Assembly (NCBI GenBank): GCA_964576335.1
Contig: CAZNVA010000003.1
Location: 1-32,953, forward strand
DNA from: an uncultured Thermotogae bacterium
Lineage (GTDB): Bacteria; Bipolaricaulota; Bipolaricaulia; M55B111
DNA length: 32,953 nucleotides
Reading direction: 5' to 3'
The position numbers were made by a program, and so were the translations under genes. Each line of letters begins with the position of its first letter. The first letter of the stretch is position 1. Positions 26,211-32,953 of the stretch are shown here, in pieces. The notes beneath the pieces are model-generated. The model was not told the DNA's origin, did no database searches, and saw only the letters and a program-made list of their open reading frames with translations.

Positions 26211-27602
26211 CTATTTACCGACGCAGAACTGCGAAAAAACTCGGTCAAGTATCTCGTCCGACAGATCCTCCCCGAGCAGCCTCCCCATCTTTCTCCGCCC
26301 TTCCCTTACATCGACTTCTACCAGGTCGATTGACCGACCTGCTTCCAGGGCGCTCACGGCATCCTTGATGTCATCCACGGCTTCCCTGAGCATCTGCTTT
26401 TCCTGGACGTTTAACAGAACGAGGCTTTCATCCTTTTTTACTTCGCCTCCCCACACCATCTCCGTCAGCCCGTCTTCCAGGGAAGCCAGTCCCTCACCCT
26501 CCCTGGCCGAAAGCTCAACCACTTTTGCCCAATCTCCACCTATTTTATCGGTAAACCTATCCACTGACAAACTATCCACGAGATCGATCTTGTTTAACAC
26601 TAAAACAGTTTTTTCTCGATCCATCTCTCGGGAAATCTCGAAGTCGGCATCCTGAACTCCGGCCCCCGCATCGAGCAAGAAGAGAGCGAGGTCGGCCTCT
26701 TCGCCCTGTTCTTTTGCCTTCCTGACGCCTTTTTGCTCTATATCCCCTTCGGTTTCCCTTATTCCCGCAGTATCGGTGACCAGAAACGGTATACCGTTGA
26801 TCGAGAGCTCCGCCTCTATCGTGTCCCTTGTCGTCCCCGGCGTCTCACTAACTATCGCCCTTTCTTCCTCCAACAACGTGTTCAACAATGTCGACTTCCC
26901 CACGTTCGGCCGCCCCAGTATCGCTACCCTGTGGCCCTCCTTCACTATTTTGCCGTCCTTGCTGTCGGCGAGGAACTCCTCGATCCTCTCCCTGATCCCG
27001 TCCAGATCCTCCCTCAGTTCTTCTCTCGGAACCACCGAATCCTCGTAATCAGGATAATCTATCATAACTTCTATCTCGGCCAGGAGGGAAGTCAGGTCTT
27101 CTCGCACCGAATCGAGAAACTTCGAGAACTTCCCTTCGAGCCTATCGACCGAAAGCTCCAGGGAGAACCTGGTCTTCGCTTCAATGATATCGTTGACGGA
27201 CTTGGCCTGGTCCAGGGTAAGGCGTCCGTTTAGAAAGGCTCGTTTGGTAAACTCCCCCGGCTCGGCCGGACGGGCTCCGTTTTCCAGCACGAGATCAAGG
27301 GTCTCCCGCAGCGGAACTATGCCGCCGTGACAGTTTATTTCAACGACGTCCTCTTTTGTATACGTATTTGGAGATTTCATCACGGTAAAGAGGGCCTCGT
27401 CAATTGGGTCATCCGAACCCGGGTCGTAAACCAAACCGTGATGAAGCGTGTGAGACTTTACTTCGGCCAGTTCCGTCCCGCCTTCCGACCGGAATACCTT
27501 TCTTGATATCGCCAGTGCGTCAGGGCCGGAGAGCCTTACGATGCCGATGCCGCTCTTGCCAAGTGGCGTGGAAATCGCCGCAATTGTATCCTGGTTATCC
27601 AT
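26211..27602 (-). CDS. mnmE: tRNA modification GTPase MnmE (TrmE)
   Basis: N-terminal DTIAAISTP..GIGIVRLSG. G domain GRPNVGKSTL, DTAG, NKID. C-terminal CVGK tetrapeptide. Confidence 0.96.
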   Translation of the reverse strand: MDNQDTIAAISTPLGKSGIGIVRLSGPDALAISRKVFRSEGGTELAEVKSHTLHHGLVYDPGSDDPIDEALFTVMKSPNTYTKEDVVEINCHGGIVPLRETLDLVLENGARPAEPGEFTKRAFLNGRLTLDQAKSVNDIIEAKTRFSLELSVDRLEGKFSKFLDSVREDLTSLLAEIEVMIDYPDYEDSVVPREELREDLDGIRERIEEFLADSKDGKIVKEGHRVAILGRPNVGKSTLLNTLLEEERAIVSETPGTTRDTIEAELSINGIPFLVTDTAGIRETEGDIEQKGVRKAKEQGEEADLALFLLDAGAGVQDADFEISREMDREKTVLVLNKIDLVDSLSVDRFTDKIGGDWAKVVELSAREGEGLASLEDGLTEMVWGGEVKKDESLVLLNVQEKQMLREAVDDIKDAVSALEAGRSIDLVEVDVREGRRKMGRLLGEDLSDEILDRVFSQFCVGK

Positions 27603-28065
27603 TCTTTTTGGGTTTGATTATTACCCTGCGGTTCTCACCCTCGCCAACGCTGTAAGTTTCCACGCCTTCAACTTCGCTCAGCGTAATGTGGACCCATTTC
27701 CTTTCCACCGCAGGCATCGGGTTTAATCGGACCTTCCTGTTCTTGGTCTTCGCCTTCTCGGCAGCTTCCCGGGCAAACTTTTCCAGGTTCTTCCTCCGGG
27801 TTAATTTCACTCCGTTTATGTCTATCTGCACGTCCTTGTCCATGCTGAACTGTCTTTCCAGAAATACCTGAACCAGCGTGGACAGGGACTGAACCAGCTT
27901 TTCCCTGTCCTCGGAGAAGAAATCGGACTCGCCCTGGATGTCCACGTAGAGTTCGTCCGGGGGTTTGGATTCTATTTTCAGGCTCGGGTCCTCGCCGATC
28001 ATTTCGAAAAAATCAGCGAGGTAGGACGAAATTGCTCCCTCGGCCTCTTTTTGCCTCTCGCTCAT
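27595..28065 (-). CDS. jag: Jag/KhpB-like RNA-binding protein (KH + R3H domains, short form)
   Basis: R3H-like LNPMPAVERKWVHITL..GVETYSVGEGENRRVII. Conserved yidC-jag-mnmE order. Overlaps the mnmE start by 8 nt. Confidence 0.85.
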   Translation of the reverse strand: MSERQKEAEGAISSYLADFFEMIGEDPSLKIESKPPDELYVDIQGESDFFSEDREKLVQSLSTLVQVFLERQFSMDKDVQIDINGVKLTRRKNLEKFAREAAEKAKTKNRKVRLNPMPAVERKWVHITLSEVEGVETYSVGEGENRRVIIKPKKNG

Positions 28066-28077
28066 AACTGAGAACTG

Positions 28078-29649
28078 CTATCCTTCCGATTCCGCATTCT
28101 CCATCTCCCAGTTGATAAATGCCTGCTGGCCTATCATGAATATCTGAGTCAGGAAGTAGTAAAGCCAGAGACCTGCCGGGAAATTCCGGAGGAATATTCC
28201 CATAAATAAGGGGAAACCAAAGCTCATCAGCTTGTTCTGGCCGCCTCCGCCGCCAGGGGATTGCATCATCTGTTGCTGGACGATCATCGTTACAACCGTC
28301 AGCACAACCAGAATGTAGTACGGGTCACTCTGGCTGAGATCGCTGAGCCAGAGGAAACCGGGCGACATATGAATGGCTTCCGCGCTGTACATGATCGCAC
28401 GCCAGAGCAGGATCAGTATCGGCAGCTGAATGAACATGGGCAGGCAACCACCCATGGGATTGACGTCCTCTTCCTTGTAAAGCTCCATCATCCTCTGTTG
28501 TTGTTCTTCCCGATCATCGTACTCGTCCTGTATCTCCTGGATTTTGGGCTGGAGTTCCTGCATCTTGGCCATGGAGCGATACATATTGCGCATCAGCGGG
28601 TAAAGCAAAGCTCTAATCAGGATCGTGAAGAGAATTATCGCCCAGCCGTAGTTACCGGTAAAGTCGTAAAGCGTGTTCAGGAAACCGATGACCGGAACCA
28701 GTAGCTGGCTAAATATTCCAATATCGTCGATTACCCCCAGGCCGACGTTCGAAAGCAGGACGTGCCTCCGTCTCCCCGCGTAAAGGGAAAACTGAAAACT
28801 ATCCGTACTGCCGGGGGAAAGACTGGTACCGGAGAAACTTACCCCGAGGTTACCGTCGGTTACCTGCGGAACGACCCCTGAATCCGCCGGGCTCCCGGCT
28901 TCTCCATCCGGCTTACCGGTCTTCAGGAATAAAACCAGGTTTTTCCCCACGAATCCAACTCCACCGAATTCCGTATAAGAACCCTTTGCCAGCTTGCCGT
29001 TGCTCGCTTCTCCGTCGAAGATATACTTCGTCGTGGGGTCGGTCAGTTTATCAACGTTGCCGGTTCCCTCGGCGCTGGTTCTAGAACCGACGTACATCTC
29101 CGTATTTTCTCCGAGTTCTACCGCCTCTCCGGAATCGTTCGTGATTGACAGAGAAAGACCGACGGTATAGTTCGGATCATTGTGGATTATGTACTTCTTT
29201 TCGATCTTCAGACCATTGGTTCGACCGACAAAAGTCACCGGAATACTGTCGTAAAAAGTTCCCTCCGGTATGTTGACCCGGTACTCGAGATCTCTATCGG
29301 TTTCACCCTTGAGATCGAGCTCGCCCGGAAAACGTATTCCTTCCAGATACGAGCGTTCCATCGTGTCCGGGTTTGTCGTCGTTCCGGGTACCAGCTCCGC
29401 TTTGTTCGTTCTGAAAGAAGAAAAGTGAACGAATATACTCTTCAGGACACCACCCTGTCTGCTAAACAGATAATTGGTGATCCCAGTTCTTATCTGAATC
29501 GTTCCCTTCTCCGGATTGCGGGTCACTTCTATCGGTTTCTTGTAGCTTGAGGCTTCGGCAGAAGCGGCTCCAAGGAACAATACTGAAGTCAAAACTAGAA
29601 TTACTGAGTAGGTAATCAGTTTTCGTCTCTTTAATGAAGTAAGATGCAT
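28078..29649 (-). CDS. yidC: Membrane protein insertase YidC (long form with a large periplasmic domain)
   Basis: N-terminal anchor and a periplasmic beta-rich domain of about 300 aa. C-terminal core GWAIILFTILIRALLYPL.., NPMGGCLPMFIQLPI, PAGLWLYYF. SD GGAGG lies 6 nt before the ATG. Confidence 0.95.
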   Translation of the reverse strand: MHLTSLKRRKLITYSVILVLTSVLFLGAASAEASSYKKPIEVTRNPEKGTIQIRTGITNYLFSRQGGVLKSIFVHFSSFRTNKAELVPGTTTNPDTMERSYLEGIRFPGELDLKGETDRDLEYRVNIPEGTFYDSIPVTFVGRTNGLKIEKKYIIHNDPNYTVGLSLSITNDSGEAVELGENTEMYVGSRTSAEGTGNVDKLTDPTTKYIFDGEASNGKLAKGSYTEFGGVGFVGKNLVLFLKTGKPDGEAGSPADSGVVPQVTDGNLGVSFSGTSLSPGSTDSFQFSLYAGRRRHVLLSNVGLGVIDDIGIFSQLLVPVIGFLNTLYDFTGNYGWAIILFTILIRALLYPLMRNMYRSMAKMQELQPKIQEIQDEYDDREEQQQRMMELYKEEDVNPMGGCLPMFIQLPILILLWRAIMYSAEAIHMSPGFLWLSDLSQSDPYYILVVLTVVTMIVQQQMMQSPGGGGGQNKLMSFGFPLFMGIFLRNFPAGLWLYYFLTQIFMIGQQAFINWEMENAESEG

Positions 29650-29684
29650 TTAGCTCCTCCTCGGGGTCGGTAAAGGTCGAATGG

Positions 29685-29713
29685 ATTTTAATCTACGAAC
29701 TGACTCATTTCAA
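29685..29713 (-). promoter_or_regulatory. Putative sigma70-type promoter of yidC-jag-mnmE
   Basis: On the - strand: TTGAAA, 17-nt spacer, TAAAAT (complement of 29708-29713 and 29685-29690), about 35 nt upstream of the yidC ATG. Confidence 0.45.
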
Positions 29714-29778
29714 TTTAACCAGGCCGTCGGATGCGCCGAAACGATTGGAGGACCGACTCTACCTGATTTCTCCTCCGG

Positions 29779-29807
29779 TTGCAAGGCAATCAGGGGTCAA
29801 GTACACT
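29779..29807 (+). promoter_or_regulatory. Putative sigma70-type promoter of ribE-ribBA-ribH(-hisS)
   Basis: TTGCAA (29779-29784), 17-nt spacer, TACACT (29802-29807). Implies a leader of about 73 nt before the ribE ATG. Confidence 0.35.
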
Positions 29808-29886
29808 AATTGGTGAAAGCGATTAGAACTTGGAGATGGTCCCTCTTTAGGCGAAGTTCCAGAATCGATGATCCCGCCTTTTAAAT

Positions 29887-30468
29887 ATGTTTACCGGAGT
29901 CATAGATGAAATCGGTACTTTTCTAAAAGCAAAAGGTAACAGGTACGTATTCTCTTCCCCCGGTGGATTCGAAAGGGAACTGGAGATCGGAGGAAGCATC
30001 AGCGTCAACGGCGTCTGTCTTACCCTCGTAGAATTCGAGAACGGGGGAGAGGAGTTCTCAGTCGACGTCTCCGGGGAAACAAGACGAAAATCAAACCTGG
30101 GAAAAATCCAACCAGGAGACCGGGTAAACCTGGAGCTTCCCCTGGAGGCATCGGGGTTAGCTGCCAGGCTGGACGGACATCTGGTCCAGGGTCACGTAGA
30201 TACCATGGGAAAAATCAGGGGGATCAGGCGCAAAGAAGGTGACCGTATCGTCAGAATTGCCACGTCCAGGGAATTCGAAAAATACCTCGTCAACAAGGGA
30301 TCGATCGCGGTCGATGGAATCAGCCTAACCCCCTACGAGGTATCAGGTGGATCATTTGCGGTGACGGTAATACCTCATACATTCGAGAACACGACCCTGC
30401 AGTTCCGGAGAAGCGGAGCCAGGGTCAACGTGGAGTTCGACATAATTGCCAAGTACAATACAAATTGA
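29887..30468 (+). CDS. ribE: Riboflavin synthase (alpha chain)
   Basis: MFTGVIDEIG N-terminus and two lumazine-binding repeats (SISVNGVCLT, SIAVDGISLT). Confidence 0.94.
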   Translation: MFTGVIDEIGTFLKAKGNRYVFSSPGGFERELEIGGSISVNGVCLTLVEFENGGEEFSVDVSGETRRKSNLGKIQPGDRVNLELPLEASGLAARLDGHLVQGHVDTMGKIRGIRRKEGDRIVRIATSREFEKYLVNKGSIAVDGISLTPYEVSGGSFAVTVIPHTFENTTLQFRRSGARVNVEFDIIAKYNTN

Positions 30469-30595
30469 AGTCATACCGCGGACGGAACTCTAATTCAGGT
30501 AAAAGCGGGAAAGGGAGAATAACAGATCAATTCAATTAGTCCCCGAGTCATAACCAGGGTCCGGGGAATCAACTTCGCAGCAAAGGAGTGAAAAC

Positions 30596-31810
30596 ATGAG
30601 CCTCGATCCAATCGAAGAAGCAATTGAGGCAATAGGAAGGGGAGAAATAGTAATAGTAGTAGACGACGAGCAGCGGGAGAACGAAGGCGACTTCATAATG
30701 GCGGCGGAAAAGGCCGGTCCGGAGGACGTAAACTTCATGGCAAAGGAAGGTCGGGGGCTCGTCTGCCTGCCAATGGAGTCGGAACGACTGGCCGAACTGG
30801 AACTGGACTCGATGGTCGGGGAAAACACGTCGCACCACGGGACGCAGTTTACGGTTTCCGTGGATGCAAAGGATGGAATATCCACGGGCATCTCGGCCTA
30901 CGATAGGGCAAAAACCATTAGCGACATGGTAGAAGAGTCGACGGAACCGGAAGACCTGGTAAGACCCGGGCACGTCTTTCCCCTGCGAGCCGAGGAGGGA
31001 GGAGTGTTGCACAGGGCGGGTCATACGGAAGCGGGGGTCGATCTAGCCCGGCTGGCCGGCCTTTATCCGGCCGCAGTCCTCTGTGAGATCATGGACGAAG
31101 ACGGAACGATGGCCAGGCTACCGACCCTCAAGAAAATAGCGGAAGAACATGACTTAAAGTTAATCTCGATAGAAGACCTGATTAAGTACAGGAAGAAAAA
31201 CGAGAAACTGGTAAACAGGACCGGTAGTGCCAGTTTGCCGACCAAGTTCGGAGATTTCCGGATACACAGCTACGTGGACGAGATAAACGAGGACGAGCAC
31301 GTGGCCCTGGTCAAAGGAGAAGTGGAGGGAAAGGAAGAAGTGCTGGTCCGGGTACACTCCGAATGCCTGACCGGGGACGTCTTCGGCTCCCGGCGCTGCG
31401 ATTGCGGCGACCAGCTTCATAAAGCGCTCAGAACCATAGACGAAGTCGGGGAGGGCGTCCTGGTCTACATGCGACAGGAGGGTCGGGGGATCGGCCTGAG
31501 CAACAAGGTCTGTGCCTACGACCTACAGGATCAGGGAATGGACACTGTTGAAGCCAACGAAGAACTAGGTTTCGAAGCGGATCTCAGGGACTACGGTTTC
31601 GGCGCCCAGATACTATCGGACCTCGGACTAAGCTCGATCAGGTTGCTGACCAACAATCCGAGGAAAGTCGTGGGGCTGGAAGGTTACGGGCTTCACATAA
31701 CTGAGACAGTACCGATCGAGACGGAGCCCAACGAACACAACGAGGACTACCTGCAGACGAAGGTGGAAAAGCTCGGTCATAACATTTCCAAGGTCGACGA
31801 AGAGAATTAA
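30596..31810 (+). CDS. ribBA: Bifunctional 3,4-dihydroxy-2-butanone-4-phosphate synthase / GTP cyclohydrolase II
   Basis: DHBPS half: [30 protein letters not shown] half: [38 protein letters not shown] lies 7 nt before the ATG. Confidence 0.96.
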   Translation: MSLDPIEEAIEAIGRGEIVIVVDDEQRENEGDFIMAAEKAGPEDVNFMAKEGRGLVCLPMESERLAELELDSMVGENTSHHGTQFTVSVDAKDGISTGISAYDRAKTISDMVEESTEPEDLVRPGHVFPLRAEEGGVLHRAGHTEAGVDLARLAGLYPAAVLCEIMDEDGTMARLPTLKKIAEEHDLKLISIEDLIKYRKKNEKLVNRTGSASLPTKFGDFRIHSYVDEINEDEHVALVKGEVEGKEEVLVRVHSECLTGDVFGSRRCDCGDQLHKALRTIDEVGEGVLVYMRQEGRGIGLSNKVCAYDLQDQGMDTVEANEELGFEADLRDYGFGAQILSDLGLSSIRLLTNNPRKVVGLEGYGLHITETVPIETEPNEHNEDYLQTKVEKLGHNISKVDEEN

Positions 31811-31834
31811 TAGGAACATTACGGGGAGGTTACA

Positions 31835-32311
31835 GTGACGAAAAAAATGGAAGGCGAGTTGGACGGAACCGGTTTAAAGCTGGGAATAGTACTCAGTCGG
31901 TTCAACAGCATGGTAACCGAAAGGCTCCTGTCGGGAGCAAAGGATAAATTGACGAGACTGGGGGTTGCGGAAAAAGACCTCGAAGTAGCTTACGTCCCCG
32001 GTTCATTCGAGTTACCCCGAGGCGTTCGAAAGTTGAAGGATACCGGAAAGTACGACGGGGTAGTTGCGCTGGGGGCAGTTATTAGAGGTGAGACACCCCA
32101 CTTCGATTACGTTGCCAACGAGGCCTCCAAGGGGCTCGCGGAAATTAACCTGGAAGCGGAGATTCCCGTGACCTTCGGGTTAATCACTGCCGACACCCTG
32201 GAGCAGGCCATAGATCGTGCCGGGGCAAAACAGGGCAACAAGGGAAACGAAGCAGCTGAGGCACTGGTGGAAATGGTCAACCTGGAAAGCAAGCTGGACG
32301 AGGAGAACTGA
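31835..32311 (+). CDS. ribH: 6,7-dimethyl-8-ribityllumazine synthase
   Basis: IVLSRFN.., VPGSFELP, GAVIRGETPHFDYV, FGLITADT. GTG start lies 5 nt after GGGGAGG. Confidence 0.95.
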   Translation: MTKKMEGELDGTGLKLGIVLSRFNSMVTERLLSGAKDKLTRLGVAEKDLEVAYVPGSFELPRGVRKLKDTGKYDGVVALGAVIRGETPHFDYVANEASKGLAEINLEAEIPVTFGLITADTLEQAIDRAGAKQGNKGNEAAEALVEMVNLESKLDEEN

Positions 32312-32953
32312 TGAAGTACTACGCTCCGAAGGGTCTCAACGACATAACGCCGGACGAGATGCCCTACTGGCACGCCGTCGAGGACGAAGTCCGGAAAACA
32401 ATGCCCCTTTACGGTTATAGCGAAATCAGAACGCCGATGATGGAGAAGACCGAGGTATTTGCGCGTGGCGTGGGGGAGGAAACCGACGTCGTTTCCAAGG
32501 AGATGTATACTTTCGAGGATAAGGGCGGCAGATCGGTAACTCTCCGGCCCGAGAATACCGCCTCCGTCGTCCGGGCTTACCTCGAACACAAATTTTACGG
32601 CAAGGAAGAGCTCTCCAAGTGGTATTACCTCGGACCGATGTTCCGTTACGAGGCGCCGCAAAAGGGCAGGTCGAGGCAGTTTCACCAGTACGGGGCGGAG
32701 GCAATTGGCTCGAAGGATCCGGCACTCGACGCGGAAACCATTGACCTCGCCACGGACTTGTTGACCTCGCTTGGACTCCAGGACGTCGGTTTGAGCCTGA
32801 ACAGCATCGGCTGCCCGGAGGACAGGGAGGACTACGTCGAGGAACTGGTCGACTACCTGCGACCGCATAAGGAGGAGCTCTGTTCGGACTGTCAGAGTCG
32901 GCTGGATACCAACCCGCTCAGGATACTCGACTGCAAGAATTCGACATGTCAAT
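32311..32953 (+). CDS. hisS: Histidine--tRNA ligase (5' partial, continues beyond the window)
   Basis: Absent from the ORF track because no stop is reached. I translated from the ATG at 32311 (TGATG overlap with the ribH stop). The product reads MKYYAPKGLNDITPDE..YGYSEIRTPMMEKTEVF..VTLRPENTASVVRAY..GPMFRYEAPQKGRSRQFHQ, matching class II HisRS motifs 1 and 2. Confidence 0.93.
   Translation, partial: MKYYAPKGLNDITPDEMPYWHAVEDEVRKTMPLYGYSEIRTPMMEKTEVFARGVGEETDVVSKEMYTFEDKGGRSVTLRPENTASVVRAYLEHKFYGKEELSKWYYLGPMFRYEAPQKGRSRQFHQYGAEAIGSKDPALDAETIDLATDLLTSLGLQDVGLSLNSIGCPEDREDYVEELVDYLRPHKEELCSDCQSRLDTNPLRILDCKNSTCQ

Noticed and set aside
25930-26655. 241-aa Ser-rich ORF on the + strand
   Set aside because: Antisense to the sigma factor 5' end and the mnmE 3' end, both of which have strong motif support. 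It also spans the intergenic promoter region. Shadow ORF.
29650-29886. Possible FMN (RFN) riboswitch upstream of ribE
   Set aside because: I looked on both strands for the conserved aptamer blocks. Only isolated fragments appear (GGTGAAAGC, CCGAC), in the wrong order and spacing. This needs cmsearch to be definitive.
32107-32952. 281-aa ORF on the - strand at the right edge
   Set aside because: Antisense to ribH and to the open-ended + strand frame. That frame translates into an unmistakable HisRS N-terminal half (motifs 1 and 2).
1-32953. Scan for CRISPR arrays, IS elements or transposases, integrases, prophage genes, toxin-antitoxin pairs and long direct or inverted repeats
   Set aside because: None recognised by eye. 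The only repeats are internal protein-domain repeats (the S1 domains), coiled-coil low complexity, and a tandem 9-mer at 18335-18352.

Overview
This is a dense window (roughly 90% coding) of mostly housekeeping bacterial chromosome, read with the standard genetic code. GC looks near 50% by eye. The proteins are notably Glu/Asp-rich. A long periplasmic-domain YidC, MurJ and a secreted TatT-like TPR protein suggest a diderm, probably from an uncultivated lineage; no taxon can be assigned from sequence alone. I support 33 protein genes, one further 13-nt fragment at the left edge, and 2 tRNAs. In order: hpf; era-deoC-recO (-); ispE-cmk-plsC and rpsA-plsY (+); Memo-like/yicC/gmk/acpS (-); tRNA-Gln and tRNA-Glu; ftsH-dxr plus a Cys-rich ORF (+); phosphodiester glycosidase-murJ (-); rplI; a TatT-like protein; an SbcD/YhaO-like nuclease with a YhaN/SbcE-like SMC-type ATPase (+); radC; an MTH1187-type protein; a SigB/F/G-type sigma factor with a small acidic ORF; yidC-jag-mnmE (-); and ribE-ribBA-ribH-hisS (+, hisS truncated by the window end). 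Most operons are preceded by sigma70-like hexamers spaced exactly 17 nt apart. I recognised no CRISPR array, transposase, integrase, prophage, toxin-antitoxin pair or long repeat. I see no compelling evidence for a wholly new multi-gene system. The best leads are: (1) the membrane-hairpin Rad50-like ATPase and nuclease pair; (2) a Cys8-9 protein translationally coupled to dxr; (3) an orphan sigma factor coupled to an 86-92 aa acidic helical ORF; and (4) a structured 320-nt unassigned region upstream of the glycosidase-murJ operon. All functional calls rest on motif recognition by eye, not on database searches.
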